A stretch of 64,000 bases of DNA from an uncultured Clostridium sp. (GCA_900552135.1 URYN01000003.1:24594-88593); one strand, 5' to 3'. Positions 21,420 through 32,339 are shown, counted from the stretch's first letter. Numbers and translations: made by a program. The notes: a model not told the origin generated them from the letters alone.

Positions 21420-21650
21420 TTAAATAAAAATAGCGAGAAATAACTCGGATAATAAAAAATATCTGCTTATGCGGGGCAGGAAAAAAAGAATACGTAAATA
21501 AATATAAATAAAAATTAGAAATAAATTAAAGCGAGGAGTACTAGGAAAACGAGCAAGAAATCCGGAGGTGTACGCTGGTACATTGAGAAATTTCGAAGTG
21601 AAGTTTGACAACGTAATCCGAAGATTAAATTTATTTTGGGAGGAAAAGAA

Positions 21651-22475
21651 ATGGCAACAAAAAAATTCAGACCAATGACTCCATCACTAAGAAACATGAC
21701 AGTTTCTGATTTTGCTGAAATAACAAAAAAAGCTCCTGAAAAATCTTTACTAGCAGTAAAGAAAGAAAAAGCAGGAAGAAATAGTTACGGTAGAATCACA
21801 GTTCGTCACCAAGGTGGAGGAAACAGACAAAAATATAGAATTATAGACTTCAAACGTCAAAAAGAAGACATGGAAGCTACAGTAATAGGAATCGAATACG
21901 ATCCAAACAGAAGTGCAAACATTGCATTAATCCAATATGAAGACGGAACTAAAGCTTATATATTAGCTCCAGTTGGATTAAAAGATGGAGATAAGGTTGT
22001 ATCAGGAGAGCATGTTGATATTAAACCAGGAAACTGCACAAGACTTGCAAACATACCAGTAGGTACTATGATTCATAACATAGAAATAAACCCTGGTCAA
22101 GGTGCAAAATTAGTTAGAGCTGCAGGACAAGAAGCTCAATTAATGGCTAAAGAAGGAAAATTTGCAAATTTAAGATTACCTTCAGGAGAAATGAGATTAA
22201 TAATGCTTAACTGCAGAGCTACAATAGGAACTGTAGGAAACGCAGAATATGAAAATATTAAATTAGGTAAAGCTGGAAAGACAAGACATCTTGGCAAACG
22301 TCCAGAAGTTAGAGGATCTGCAATGAACCCAGTAGATCACCCTCATGGTGGTGGTGAAGGAAAGGCTCCAGTAGGACACGCAGGACCAATGACTCCTTGG
22401 GGTAAACCAGCACTTGGATACAAGACAAGAAAGAATACAAGAACTGATAAATTTATAGCTAAGAGGAGGAAATAA
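21651..22475 (+). CDS. rplB: 50S ribosomal protein L2
   Basis: ATG at 21651 follows gggagg. [29 protein letters not shown]. Confidence 0.97.
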   Translation: MATKKFRPMTPSLRNMTVSDFAEITKKAPEKSLLAVKKEKAGRNSYGRITVRHQGGGNRQKYRIIDFKRQKEDMEATVIGIEYDPNRSANIALIQYEDGTKAYILAPVGLKDGDKVVSGEHVDIKPGNCTRLANIPVGTMIHNIEINPGQGAKLVRAAGQEAQLMAKEGKFANLRLPSGEMRLIMLNCRATIGTVGNAEYENIKLGKAGKTRHLGKRPEVRGSAMNPVDHPHGGGEGKAPVGHAGPMTPWGKPALGYKTRKNTRTDKFIAKRRK

Positions 22476-22477
22476 TA

Positions 22478-22759
22478 ATGTCAAGATCTAGTAAAAAGAA
22501 ACCATTTGTTGCTCCAGAGCTATTAAAAAGAGTTGAAGCAATGAATGAGAGTGGAAAGAAAGAAGTATTAAAGACATGGTCTAGAGCTTCTACAATATAC
22601 CCACAAATGGTTGGACACACAATCGCTGTTCATGATGGAAGAAAACATGTTCCAGTATATATTACTGAAGAAATGATTGGACACAAATTAGGAGAATTTG
22701 CTCCAACAAGAACATTTAAAGGACATTCAGGAGACAAGACAACAACAACAACAAAGTAA
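22478..22759 (+). CDS. rpsS: 30S ribosomal protein S19
   Basis: [35 protein letters not shown]. Confidence 0.97.
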   Translation: MSRSSKKKPFVAPELLKRVEAMNESGKKEVLKTWSRASTIYPQMVGHTIAVHDGRKHVPVYITEEMIGHKLGEFAPTRTFKGHSGDKTTTTTK

Positions 22760-22782
22760 AATATTTAAGGAGGTAAATAAAA

Positions 22783-23157
22783 GTGGAAGAAAAGCAAACA
22801 GAGATAGTTAAAAATGAAGTACCACAAGCAGTTGCAACTCTTAAATATGCTAGAATTTCATCAAGAAAAGTTAAGATTGTAGCAGATTTAATAAGAGGAA
22901 AAAGTGCTGAAGAAGCTTTAGCAATAGTTAAGTTTACACCAAAAGCATCATCAGCTATAATTGAAAAATTGCTAAAATCTGCAATAGCTAATGCAGAAAA
23001 CAATCATGGTATGAAGAGCAATAAATTATATGTAGATCAGATATATGCAAACCAAGGACCTACATTAAGAAGAATAAGACCAGCTGCAAAAGGATCAGCT
23101 GTTAGAATTAGAAAGAGAACAAGTCATATAACAATAGTTCTTAAGGAAAGAGACTAA
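22783..23157 (+). CDS. rplV: 50S ribosomal protein L22
   Basis: GTG start after aaggagg. [24 protein letters not shown]. Confidence 0.95.
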   Translation: MEEKQTEIVKNEVPQAVATLKYARISSRKVKIVADLIRGKSAEEALAIVKFTPKASSAIIEKLLKSAIANAENNHGMKSNKLYVDQIYANQGPTLRRIRPAAKGSAVRIRKRTSHITIVLKERD

Positions 23158-23179
23158 GAGTAAGGAGGATAATAGAAAA

Positions 23180-23839
23180 ATGGGACAAAAAATGAATCCA
23201 AACGGACTAAGAGTTGGAATCATAAAAGACTGGAGCTCAAAATGGTATGCAGACTCAAAACATTTTGCAGATTATCTAGTAGAAGACCACAAAATCCGTG
23301 AATATGTTAAGAAAAAACTATACGCTAGCGGAATTTCAAAAGTTGAAATTGAAAGAACTGCAAAATTCGTAAAAGTAAACGTATATACAGCAAAGCCTGG
23401 ACTAGTAATAGGAAAAGGTGGAAATTTAGCTGAAAGCTTAAAAGCTGAATTACAAAAAATGATAGGAAAAGATGTAAATCTAAATATTGTTGAGGTTAAG
23501 AGCCCAGATTTAGATGCACAATTAGTTGCTGAAAATATAGCAGGACAACTAGAAAGAAGAATCTCATTCAGACGTGCAATGAAACAATGTATGCAAAAAA
23601 CAATGAAGATGGGTGCTTTAGGAATAAAGACATCTGTATCAGGAAGACTTGGTGGAGCTGATATGGCAAGAACTGAGTTCTATAAAGAAGGTACAATACC
23701 ACTTCAAACATTAAGAGCAGACATTGATTATGGATTTGCAGAGGCTAACACAACTTATGGTAAAGTTGGGGTTAAAGTTTGGATATATAAAGGAGAAGTT
23801 CTTCCAGCTAAGAAGAAAGTGGAAGGAGGAGACAGATAA
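23180..23839 (+). CDS. rpsC: 30S ribosomal protein S3
   Basis: [19 protein letters not shown], with a KH domain. Confidence 0.97.
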   Translation: MGQKMNPNGLRVGIIKDWSSKWYADSKHFADYLVEDHKIREYVKKKLYASGISKVEIERTAKFVKVNVYTAKPGLVIGKGGNLAESLKAELQKMIGKDVNLNIVEVKSPDLDAQLVAENIAGQLERRISFRRAMKQCMQKTMKMGALGIKTSVSGRLGGADMARTEFYKEGTIPLQTLRADIDYGFAEANTTYGKVGVKVWIYKGEVLPAKKKVEGGDR

Positions 23840-24282
23840 TGCCATTAATGCCAAAAAGAACAAAATATAGAAAACAACAAAAAGGTAGAAATAGAGGAAA
23901 GGCAACAAGAGGAAATGTAGTTACTGACGGTCTATATGGACTTCAAGCATTAGAAGCAGGACAAATTACTTCTAACCAAATAGAAGCAGCCCGTGTTGCT
24001 ATGACAAGATATATAAAAAGAGGTGGAAAGGTTTGGATTAAAATCTTCCCAGATAAACCTATAACAAAGAAACCAGCAGATACTCGTATGGGTAAAGGTA
24101 AAGGATCAGTTGAATACTGGGTAGCAGTAGTAAAGCCAGGAAGAATATTATTCGAACTTGCTGATGTATCAGAAGACATCGCAAGAGAAGCATTAAGACT
24201 TGCTGCTAACAAACTATCTGTTAAGTGTAAATTTGTTAAAAAGGAAACTGAAGTAGGTGGTGAATTAGATGAAGATAAATAA
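23839..24282 (+). CDS. rplP: 50S ribosomal protein L16
   Basis: [16 protein letters not shown]. Confidence 0.96.
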   Translation: MPLMPKRTKYRKQQKGRNRGKATRGNVVTDGLYGLQALEAGQITSNQIEAARVAMTRYIKRGGKVWIKIFPDKPITKKPADTRMGKGKGSVEYWVAVVKPGRILFELADVSEDIAREALRLAANKLSVKCKFVKKETEVGGELDEDK

Positions 24283-24625
24283 GATTAGAGAAATGTCTTC
24301 ACCAGACTTAGAAAAAGAATTAGGAGAATTAAAATCAGAATTGTTCAAACTAAGATTTAGCTTAGCAACAAACGGATTAGACAATCCTATGAAAATTAAA
24401 GAAGTTAAGAAAGACATTGCAAAAATAAAAACAGTTTTAACACAAAGAGAATTAAATGGTGGAAAAGATGTAGAAGTAAAAAACGTTGTAAAAGAAGCTA
24501 AAAAAGCTCCTGCAAAGAAAGAAACTGCATCAGAAGAACCAAAAAAAGAAGCTAAAAAAACAACTGCTAAAAAGGAAACAGCTAAGAAAACAACAAAGAA
24601 AGCTGAAGAAAAAGAAAGCAAATAA
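24269..24625 (+). CDS. rpmC: 50S ribosomal protein L29 with a Lys/Ala/Glu-rich C-terminal tail of about 55 aa
   Basis: The L29 core is [35 protein letters not shown]. The tail is [41 protein letters not shown]. Confidence 0.9.
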   Translation: MKINKIREMSSPDLEKELGELKSELFKLRFSLATNGLDNPMKIKEVKKDIAKIKTVLTQRELNGGKDVEVKNVVKEAKKAPAKKETASEEPKKEAKKTTAKKETAKKTTKKAEEKESK

Positions 24626-24691
24626 TTTAGCTTAAAATAATAATAATGAATCTTTGATATTTAATATGATATTAAAAGAAAGGAGATTAAA

Positions 24692-24955
24692 ATGGAAGAA
24701 AGAAATCTTCGTAAAACAATGATAGGAATTGTTTCATCTGATAAGATGGACAAAACTGTAGTTGTATCTGTTGAACAAAGAGAAATGGATAAAACTTACG
24801 GAAAAATCAAAAAGAAGACATATAAATTAAAAGCCCATGATGAAAACAACGAATGCAAAGTTGGAGATAAAGTAAAAGTTATGGAAACAAGACCTTTATC
24901 AAAAGACAAGAGATGGAGAGTTGTTGAAATCTTAGAAAAGGCAATAATCAAATAA
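24692..24955 (+). CDS. rpsQ: 30S ribosomal protein S17
   Basis: [20 protein letters not shown]....HP.Y.K-type sequence. Confidence 0.95.
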   Translation: MEERNLRKTMIGIVSSDKMDKTVVVSVEQREMDKTYGKIKKKTYKLKAHDENNECKVGDKVKVMETRPLSKDKRWRVVEILEKAIIK

Positions 24956-24987
24956 TATAAAGAATGTAAGAAGGAGGTACTAGTTTA

Positions 24988-25356
24988 ATGGTACAGCAAC
25001 AAACAGTATTAAAAGTAGCTGATAATACAGGTGCAAAAGAAATTATGTGTATTAGATGCTTAGGCGGTTCTTATAGAAAATATGCTAGAGTTGGTGATAT
25101 TATAATTGCTTCTGTTAAAACAGCAACACCAGGTGGCGTTGTAAAAAAAGGCGAAGTAGTTAAAGCAGTAGTTGTTAGAACTAAGAAACCAATAAGAAGA
25201 GCTGACGGATCTTATTTAAGATTTGACGAGAATGCAGCCGTTATAATAAGAGACGATGGAACACCAAAGGGAACTCGTATATTTGGCCCAGTAGCAAGAG
25301 AATTAAGAGATGGAGAATATATGAAAATACTTTCATTAGCTCCAGAAGTTCTATAG
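24988..25356 (+). CDS. rplN: 50S ribosomal protein L14
   Basis: [21 protein letters not shown]. Confidence 0.97.
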   Translation: MVQQQTVLKVADNTGAKEIMCIRCLGGSYRKYARVGDIIIASVKTATPGGVVKKGEVVKAVVVRTKKPIRRADGSYLRFDENAAVIIRDDGTPKGTRIFGPVARELRDGEYMKILSLAPEVL

Positions 25357-25407
25357 AATGTTACATAAAATCGAGAAATGTATAAAAACATTAGTGAGGT
25401 GAAAAAA

Positions 25408-25716
25408 ATGAAACTAAGAAAAGGCGACACAGTTAAAGTTTTATCTGGAAATGATAAAGGAAAAACTGGAGAAATCCTAGAAGTAATACCTAAAACAGAA
25501 AAAATAATTGTTAAAGGTATAAATATAAGAAAAAAGAGTGTTAAGCCAAGAAGACAAGGAGAGCAAGGAGGAATAATTCCTTCAGAAGCAGCAATACATT
25601 CAAGTAAAGTTGCTCTAGTTTGCCCTAAATGTGGAAAAGCAACAAGAATAGGATATGTTGTTGAAAATGGCGAAAAAGCTCGTGTATGCAAGAAATGCAA
25701 CGCAAAATTAAAATAG
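25408..25716 (+). CDS. rplX: 50S ribosomal protein L24 (zinc-ribbon-containing variant)
   Basis: ATG at 25408 follows gtgaggtg. MKLRKGDTVKVLSGNDKGKTGEI. CPKCGK..CKKC at the C-terminus. Confidence 0.93.
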   Translation: MKLRKGDTVKVLSGNDKGKTGEILEVIPKTEKIIVKGINIRKKSVKPRRQGEQGGIIPSEAAIHSSKVALVCPKCGKATRIGYVVENGEKARVCKKCNAKLK

Positions 25717-25743
25717 TTATGGAAAGGAGGTCTATAAAGACTT

Positions 25744-26283
25744 ATGGAAATATTAAGAGAACAATATGAAAAAGAAATAGTACCAGCATTAATGAAAAAG
25801 TTTAATTATAAATCAGTAATGGAAGTTCCAAAGCTAGATAAAATAGTTATTAATATAGGATTAGGTGATACAAAGGAAAATCCTAAGGAATTAGACAATG
25901 CTATAAGTGAATTAGCACAAATAACAGGACAAAAACCTATAGTAACAAAATCTAAGAAGGCAATAGCTGCATTCAAATTAAGAGCAGGTGTGCCAATTGG
26001 ATGTAAAGTTACATTAAGAAAAGACAAAATGTATGATTTTGCTAATAAATTATTTAACGTAGCACTTCCAAGAGTAAGAGATTTTAGAGGAATACCTGCA
26101 GATTCTTTTGATGGTAGAGGAAACTATTCAATGGGAATTAAAGAACAATTGATATTCCCTGAAATAGAATACGAAAAGGTTGACAAAGTAAGAGGAATGG
26201 ATATTATATTTGTTACAACTGCAAAGACTGATGAAGAAGCAAAAGAGCTATTAAAGTTATTAGGTATGCCTTTTAAAAATTAA
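25744..26283 (+). CDS. rplE: 50S ribosomal protein L5
   Basis: [22 protein letters not shown]. Confidence 0.97.
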   Translation: MEILREQYEKEIVPALMKKFNYKSVMEVPKLDKIVINIGLGDTKENPKELDNAISELAQITGQKPIVTKSKKAIAAFKLRAGVPIGCKVTLRKDKMYDFANKLFNVALPRVRDFRGIPADSFDGRGNYSMGIKEQLIFPEIEYEKVDKVRGMDIIFVTTAKTDEEAKELLKLLGMPFKN

Positions 26284-26338
26284 TTATAGGAACTAATTAA
26301 TTTAGAATATCGAATTAGGTATAAAGAAAGGAGTAAAA

Positions 26339-26524
26339 ATGGCTAAAAAATCTTTAAAGGTTAAACAAGCAAGACCACAAAAATTTGCTACTAGAGAATA
26401 TAACAGATGCAAGCTATGTGGAAGACCTCATGCTTACATTAGAAAATATGGAGTTTGCCGTGAGTGCTTCAGAAAATTAGCTCATGAGGGAGAAATTCCA
26501 GGAATTAAGAAAGCAAGTTGGTAA
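26339..26524 (+). CDS. rpsN: 30S ribosomal protein S14 type Z (zinc-binding)
   Basis: 61 aa with [18 protein letters not shown]. Confidence 0.96.
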   Translation: MAKKSLKVKQARPQKFATREYNRCKLCGRPHAYIRKYGVCRECFRKLAHEGEIPGIKKASW

Positions 26525-26656
26525 AATATAATTTGAAATTCAAAACGCATAAATTTTATATGCAAAAATATAAAATTAGATTTGCGTAATTGATTTGAAA
26601 TTTATCAATTTTTAATATTAATATAAGAGAATGTGATAAGGAGGGAAAAAGAAAAT

Positions 26657-27058
26657 ATGGTTACAACAGATCCAATAGCAGATATGCTAACAAGAATTAG
26701 AAATGCAAGCAATTCTAAGCATAAGACAGTTGACATACCAGCATCAAATATGAAACTTTCAATAGCAAAGATTCTATTTGAAGAAGGATATATAAAGTCT
26801 TATGAGGAAATAAAAGAAGAAAATAATCAAGGTGTAATAAGAATTACAATAAAATATACTGAAAAAGGTAAGAAAGTAATCGATGGATTAAAAAGAATTA
26901 GTAAACCAGGATTAAGAGTTTACGCTTCTAAAGATGAATTACCTAAAGTATTAAACGGATTAGGAATAGCTTTAATCTCAACATCAAAAGGAATTATGAC
27001 TGATAAAGCTGCAAGAGAAGCAGGTTTAGGTGGAGAGGTTCTAGCATACATTTGGTAA
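26657..27058 (+). CDS. rpsH: 30S ribosomal protein S8
   Basis: ATG at 26657 follows aaggaggg. [13 protein letters not shown]. Confidence 0.96.
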   Translation: MVTTDPIADMLTRIRNASNSKHKTVDIPASNMKLSIAKILFEEGYIKSYEEIKEENNQGVIRITIKYTEKGKKVIDGLKRISKPGLRVYASKDELPKVLNGLGIALISTSKGIMTDKAAREAGLGGEVLAYIW

Positions 27059-27087
27059 TTAAATGACAAAAAGGAGGGAAAACAAAG

Positions 27088-27627
27088 ATGTCAAGAATAG
27101 GAAACATGCCTGTTACAGTACCAGAAGGTGTTGAAGTAAAATTAGATGGTCAACACATTACTGTAAAAGGACCTAAGGGAAGTCTTGAAAGAGACATTCA
27201 TCCAAATATAAAAGTTGAATTAGACGGAAATGAAATAAAAGTTTCAAGACCAGATGATTCAAATCAAAATAAAAGCTTACATGGAACAACAAGAGCTTTA
27301 ATCCATAACATGGTTGAAGGTGTTGTACATGAATTTAAGGTAGAATTAGAAATAAATGGTGTAGGATACAGAGCTCAAAAACAAGGAAACAAACTTGTAT
27401 TAAGCCTAGGATATTCTCATCCAGTAGAAGTTGAAGCACCTGCAGGAATTGAATTTGATGTTCCAGATGCTAACCACATCACAGTTAGAGGAATTGATAA
27501 GGAAATAGTAGGGGAAGTTGCAAACTTCGTAAGAGCTAAACGTCCACCAGAGGTTTATAGAGGAAAAGGAATCAAATATGCTACTGAGCATATTAGACGT
27601 AAGGAAGGTAAAGCTGGTAAAAAATAA
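27088..27627 (+). CDS. rplF: 50S ribosomal protein L6
   Basis: MSRIGNMPVTVPEGVEV...GQHITVKGPKG. Confidence 0.97.
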   Translation: MSRIGNMPVTVPEGVEVKLDGQHITVKGPKGSLERDIHPNIKVELDGNEIKVSRPDDSNQNKSLHGTTRALIHNMVEGVVHEFKVELEINGVGYRAQKQGNKLVLSLGYSHPVEVEAPAGIEFDVPDANHITVRGIDKEIVGEVANFVRAKRPPEVYRGKGIKYATEHIRRKEGKAGKK

Positions 27628-27757
27628 AAATTTTAACTATAAACTTCGTCTTGCGGTGTTAAACTGCATAAAAATTTTTTCAATGTACCAATCGTACAAT
27701 TTCAAAAATTTTTATTTGTTTGCCTAGCAATACTTGTTTATATTTAAAATTTAAAAT
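27627..27757 (+). repeat. Nested imperfect inverted repeat filling the rplF-rplR spacer
   Basis: aaaattttaactataaac pairs with gtttatatttaaaattt. The inner pair is ataaaaattttt / aaaaatttttat. The apex is tgtac..gtaca. Confidence 0.5.
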
Positions 27758-27829
27758 AAGATGAATCTTAATCATAATAACTAAAATAATATGACTAATG
27801 CTGTTACATTAGTTAGAAAGGAGTAAGAA

Positions 27830-28189
27830 ATGATTGGAAAGATAGATAGAAAAGCTACAAGAGAGAGAAGACATATTCGTGTACGTACTAAAATAAGTGG
27901 AACTCCAGAGCGTCCAAGATTATGCGTATATAGAAGTAATAAAAACCTATTTGTACAAGTAATTGATGATGTTAATGGAAATACATTAGTTCAAGCATCT
28001 ACATTGGACAAAGAAGTAAAAACAAAACATGCAAATGTTGAAGCAGCAAAAGAATTAGGAGCCCTAATTGCAAAAAGAGCTGGAGAAAAGAAAATTACAA
28101 CAGTTGTTTTTGATAGAAGTGGATACTTATACCATGGTGTAGTAAAAGCTTTAGCTGAAGCTGCAAGAGAAGCAGGATTAGAGTTTTAA
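27830..28189 (+). CDS. rplR: 50S ribosomal protein L18
   Basis: [23 protein letters not shown]...QVIDD. Confidence 0.96.
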   Translation: MIGKIDRKATRERRHIRVRTKISGTPERPRLCVYRSNKNLFVQVIDDVNGNTLVQASTLDKEVKTKHANVEAAKELGALIAKRAGEKKITTVVFDRSGYLYHGVVKALAEAAREAGLEF

Positions 28190-28203
28190 TATAAAGGAGG
28201 GAA

Positions 28204-28701
28204 ATGAAAGTGCAAGAAGAAAATTCTACAGAATTAAAAGAGAAAGTAGTAGCTATAAACAGAGTTGCTAAAGTTGTTAAAGGTGGAAGAAACTTTAGAT
28301 TTAGTGCAGTAGTTGTTGTAGGAGACGGAGCAGGACACGTTGGTGTTGGAAATGGTAAAGCAGCCGAAGTTCCAGATGCTATAAAGAAAGCTATTGAAGA
28401 CGCTAAGAAAAATCTTGTAGAGGTTTCTATAGTTGATACAACTATACCACATGAAATTATAGGAAAATTCGGAAGTGCAAGTGTTATGCTAAAACCAGCA
28501 GAAGAAGGTACTGGAATTATAGCTGGTGGTAGCGTTAGACCAGTTCTAGAACTTGCAGGATATAGAGATATAAGAACAAAAATAATAGGAACAAACAATC
28601 CAAGAAACGTTGTATATGCAACAATAGAAGGATTAAAGAGTATGCAAACAGTTGAATCTGTTGCAAAGAAGAGAGGAAAGAAAGTAGAAGAAATAATGTA
28701 A
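28204..28701 (+). CDS. rpsE: 30S ribosomal protein S5
   Basis: [41 protein letters not shown]. Confidence 0.97.
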   Translation: MKVQEENSTELKEKVVAINRVAKVVKGGRNFRFSAVVVVGDGAGHVGVGNGKAAEVPDAIKKAIEDAKKNLVEVSIVDTTIPHEIIGKFGSASVMLKPAEEGTGIIAGGSVRPVLELAGYRDIRTKIIGTNNPRNVVYATIEGLKSMQTVESVAKKRGKKVEEIM

Positions 28702-28710
28702 TTTTTCTAT

Positions 28711-28739
28711 TTGACAAATACTCAAAAATTAATTAAAAT
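28711..28739 (+). promoter_or_regulatory. Consensus-like internal promoter in the 68-nt rpsE-rplO gap, where rpmD would normally be
   Basis: TTGACA, a 17-nt spacer, then TAAAAT. Confidence 0.45.
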
Positions 28740-28769
28740 GAACTAGAAATTAGGAGGTGTAATCGCGAA

Positions 28770-29204
28770 ATGAAATTAGACGAATTAAAACCAGCACAAA
28801 AAAATACAAAAAGAACAAGAGTTGGTCGTGGAGTTGGTTCTGGATTAGGAAAAACTTCAGGAAGAGGTCATAAAGGTCAAAAAGCAAGAAGCGGTGGTGG
28901 AGTAAGACGTGGATTCGAAGGTGGTCAAACACCATTATATAGAAGATTACCAAAAAGAGGATTCACAAATATCCATGCATTAGAATATACAGAAGTAACA
29001 TTAACAATGTTATCAAAAGTAAAGAATGAGAATGTTACAGCTGAAAGCTTACTTGAAGAAGGAATAATTGGAAAAGCAAACGATGGAATAGTAATCCTTG
29101 GAACTGGTAAATTAGATAAAAAAGTCAATGTTAAAGCTGCAAGATTTACAAAGTCAGCCAAAGAGAAAATCGAAGCTTTAGGTGGAAAGGCAGAGGTGAT
29201 CTAA
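28770..29204 (+). CDS. rplO: 50S ribosomal protein L15
   Basis: MKLDELKPA....[26 protein letters not shown]. Confidence 0.97.
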   Translation: MKLDELKPAQKNTKRTRVGRGVGSGLGKTSGRGHKGQKARSGGGVRRGFEGGQTPLYRRLPKRGFTNIHALEYTEVTLTMLSKVKNENVTAESLLEEGIIGKANDGIVILGTGKLDKKVNVKAARFTKSAKEKIEALGGKAEVI

Positions 29205-30527
29205 TTGTTTAAGACCATAAAAAATGCGTTAAAAACACCAGAAGTTAGAAAAAAATTACTATATACTTTATTATTAATAGTAATTTTTAGATTAGGTTGT
29301 TATATAACAATACCAGGAGTTGACTCAGTAACAGTATCAGATCAAATGAAAGCTGCATCAAATGGTGTAACAGGACTTATAGATACAATATCTGGAGGTG
29401 CTTTCTCAAGACTTTCAATATTTGCAATGTCTATAACACCTTACATCACAGCATCAATTGTTATTCAATTATTAGGTATGGTAATTCCAAGCTTAGAGCG
29501 TTTAGTTAAAGAAGGCGGAGAAGAAGGAAAAACCAAAGTTAACAAATATACAAAAATATTAACGGTCATTCTAGCACTTATAGAAGGACTTGGAGTATTC
29601 TTCTCATACAAATCAACAGGAATATTCCTAGATACAGGCTTTTTAGGTGGATTCTTAACAGTCCTATCATTAATGACAGGTACTGCACTACTTATATGGC
29701 TTGGAGAACAAATTACTAACAAGGGAATCGGAAACGGAATTTCAATGTTAATATTTGTTGGTATCATCGCAGGATTACCAAAAGGAATTACTGCTGTATG
29801 GAAGTTAATATTTGTAGATGGAGCATTTAGCACAGTAGGATTAATAAAAGCTTTAGCAGTTGTATTAGGTGCACTAGTACTAGTTGCAGGAGTTATATTC
29901 GTTCAACTTGCTGAAAGAAGAATTCCTGTACAATACGCTAAAAAAGTAGTTGGAAGAAGAATGGTTGGAGCACAAAACACAAATATACCATTAAAACTTG
30001 CTATGGCAGGTGTAATGCCTATAATCTTTGCATCATCATTCTTAACATTCCCTGCAATGATATTACAAATATTTGTAAAAGATATTGCAACACAAACAGG
30101 ATTCTGGGCTGGAGTATATAAATTCTCTATAGCTTCATCATATTCAAACATTGGAATCGGATACACAATTGCAAATGCAATAGTTTACTTACTATTAATA
30201 TTAGGATTTACATATTTCTATACTTATGCAATGTTCAATCCAGCTGAAATATCTGGAAACATCAAGAGAAATGGTGGATTCATACCAGGAATAAGAGCTG
30301 GAAAACCAACAACAGATTACTTATCATCAGTAATCTCTAAAATAACCTTAGTTGGAGGATTGTTCTTAGCATTAATAGCAATACTTCCAATGCTTGCAAA
30401 ATTCACAAGCTTGAATATCGCATTTGGAGGAACATCAATACTAATCGTAGTAGGTGTTGCATTAGAGACAATACAACAATTAGAATCTCAACTTGTAACA
30501 AGACATTACAAAGGATTCTTAGAATAA
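29205..30527 (+). CDS. secY: Preprotein translocase subunit SecY
   Basis: TTG start directly after the rplO stop. 10 TM segments. GIFAMSITPYITASIVIQLL. Confidence 0.96.
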   Translation: MFKTIKNALKTPEVRKKLLYTLLLIVIFRLGCYITIPGVDSVTVSDQMKAASNGVTGLIDTISGGAFSRLSIFAMSITPYITASIVIQLLGMVIPSLERLVKEGGEEGKTKVNKYTKILTVILALIEGLGVFFSYKSTGIFLDTGFLGGFLTVLSLMTGTALLIWLGEQITNKGIGNGISMLIFVGIIAGLPKGITAVWKLIFVDGAFSTVGLIKALAVVLGALVLVAGVIFVQLAERRIPVQYAKKVVGRRMVGAQNTNIPLKLAMAGVMPIIFASSFLTFPAMILQIFVKDIATQTGFWAGVYKFSIASSYSNIGIGYTIANAIVYLLLILGFTYFYTYAMFNPAEISGNIKRNGGFIPGIRAGKPTTDYLSSVISKITLVGGLFLALIAILPMLAKFTSLNIAFGGTSILIVVGVALETIQQLESQLVTRHYKGFLE

Positions 30528-30533
30528 AAAAAT

Positions 30534-30566
30534 AGAACGGGGGAAAATACCTTCGTTCTTTTTTGT
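30534..30566 (+). terminator. Intrinsic terminator after secY
   Basis: agaacg..cgttct stem followed by tttttt. Confidence 0.6.
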
Positions 30567-30739
30567 TACTTAAAGAAGCTACGGTTTACATCCGTGGTTA
30601 TGACTTATGTTTAAATAAAATGATTATTTAGCACTTGATTGTGCAGGGAAAAATTAATCATTTTTCTTTTGCTAAATTATTGTTAGTGTAAAATGGCAAG
30701 AAATTGGCATAATAATAACGAGATATTATGTTTAAATAA

Positions 30740-30768
30740 TTGACAAATTTGGGAAAATAAGCTAAAAT
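30740..30768 (+). promoter_or_regulatory. Consensus-like promoter upstream of adk
   Basis: TTGACA, a 17-nt spacer, then TAAAAT. Confidence 0.5.
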
Positions 30769-30865
30769 AAACATATAGAAATGAGAAAAACTATTAAATT
30801 TTAGCCTCTAATATTTTATTAGGGGCATAAAAATTTGTGGTTTTATTTGAAGGGAGATTTTATTT

Positions 30866-31537
30866 ATGTATTTAATAATGTTAGGTGCACAAGGTACAGG
30901 AAAGGGAACAGTAGCAGGACTACTTACAAAACAAACAGGCTGGCCTCAAATTTCTACAGGAGACATATTTAGAGCAAATATATCTAATAAAACAGAATTG
31001 GGAATAAAGGCAAATGAATATATTTCAAAAGGACAATTAGTACCAGATGAAATTACAGTACCAATGGTTATAAATAGATTAAACGAAGAAGATTGCAAAG
31101 ATGGAGCTATATTAGATGGATTTCCACGTACAGTTGAACAAGCACAAAAACTAGATGAAATTCTTGCTGAAAAAGGTAAAAAAGTTGATTTAGTGATAAA
31201 TTTAACAACACCAAGAGATGAAATAATAACAAGAATCTTAAACAGAAGAGTTTGCTCAAATCCAGAATGTAAGGCAACATATAATTTAACAATGCATCCT
31301 TCAAAAGTACCAGGAATTTGCGATAATTGTGGTTCAAAACTAGTACAAAGAGGAGACGACAGCGATGAAAACGCAATTAAACAAAGACTTGCAATATATG
31401 ATGAAAAAACAAGTCCATTAATCGATTTTTATTCAAAGAAAAATGTGGTAATCACTGAAGAAGTCAGCGAAAAAATCAATAGACTTGGAAAAGAAGCAGC
31501 AGAAGATGTATTAAAAAAGATAGAAAGTATGAAATAA
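30866..31537 (+). CDS. adk: Adenylate kinase (zinc-lid type)
   Basis: MLGAQGTGKGT P-loop. The lid has C..PEC...C..CG. Confidence 0.95.
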   Translation: MYLIMLGAQGTGKGTVAGLLTKQTGWPQISTGDIFRANISNKTELGIKANEYISKGQLVPDEITVPMVINRLNEEDCKDGAILDGFPRTVEQAQKLDEILAEKGKKVDLVINLTTPRDEIITRILNRRVCSNPECKATYNLTMHPSKVPGICDNCGSKLVQRGDDSDENAIKQRLAIYDEKTSPLIDFYSKKNVVITEEVSEKINRLGKEAAEDVLKKIESMK

Positions 31538-31568
31538 TTTAATATAGAAATAAAAGAAGGTAATTAAA

Positions 31569-32339
31569 TTGGTAAGTATAAAAAATAAATCAGAAATTGA
31601 AAAGATGAGAGAAGCTTGCAGAGTAGCAAACTTAGCTCAAAAAGCTGTAGAAGCTGCAATAAAACCAGGAGTTTCAACTTGGGAATTAGATAAGATTGCA
31701 GAAAGAACTATGAGAGAAAATGGTGCAATTCCAGCAGAAAAAGGTTATCCAAGTGGAGTAAAAGGAGTACCAGCTTTTCCAGGTTCTATATGTGCATCTG
31801 TAAATGATGTTGTAATACACGGAATACCATCAAAAAGAGAGATTCTTCATGATGGAGATATAATAAGTGTAGACTTAGTTGCATACAAAGATGGATTCAA
31901 TGGAGATTGTTGCAGAACATATTTTGTAGGAAATGTAAGTGCTGAAGCTAAAAGATTAGTAGAAGTTACAAAACAAGCATTTTTTGAAGGAATAAAATAT
32001 GCTAAAAAAGGCAACAGATTAGGAGACATCTGTCATGCAATAGGTGAATATGTTGAAAAGAATGGTTACAGCGTAGTAAGAGAGTTCCAAGGACATGGAA
32101 TTGGAGAAAGTATGCATGAAGATCCAGGAATACCTAATTACGGAAAAGCTGGAAGAGGAATAAGACTTGAACCAGGCATGACTCTAGCCATTGAACCAAT
32201 GGTTATAATGGGCAACCCGGGGATTCTTGAACTTGAAGATGGATGGACAATAATATCAGAGGATGGAAGTTTGGCTGCACACTATGAAAATACAATTTTA
32301 ATTACAGAAAATGAGCCAGAAATATTGACATTAGCCTAA
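31569..32339 (+). CDS. map: Type I methionine aminopeptidase
   Basis: TTG start. Metal ligand pattern DGDIISVD..D...GHGIG...HE..E. Confidence 0.95.
   Translation: MVSIKNKSEIEKMREACRVANLAQKAVEAAIKPGVSTWELDKIAERTMRENGAIPAEKGYPSGVKGVPAFPGSICASVNDVVIHGIPSKREILHDGDIISVDLVAYKDGFNGDCCRTYFVGNVSAEAKRLVEVTKQAFFEGIKYAKKGNRLGDICHAIGEYVEKNGYSVVREFQGHGIGESMHEDPGIPNYGKAGRGIRLEPGMTLAIEPMVIMGNPGILELEDGWTIISEDGSLAAHYENTILITENEPEILTLA

Noticed and set aside
24265-24621. Long antisense ORFs mirroring well-supported genes (for example 24265..24621-, 25212..25700-, 28095..28598-, 51161..51628-, 58608..59063-, 560..1036-)
   Set aside because: They lie opposite strongly recognisable genes, lack an RBS, and have low-complexity Leu/Phe/Ser-rich translations typical of the antisense of Lys/Glu-rich AT-rich coding DNA.
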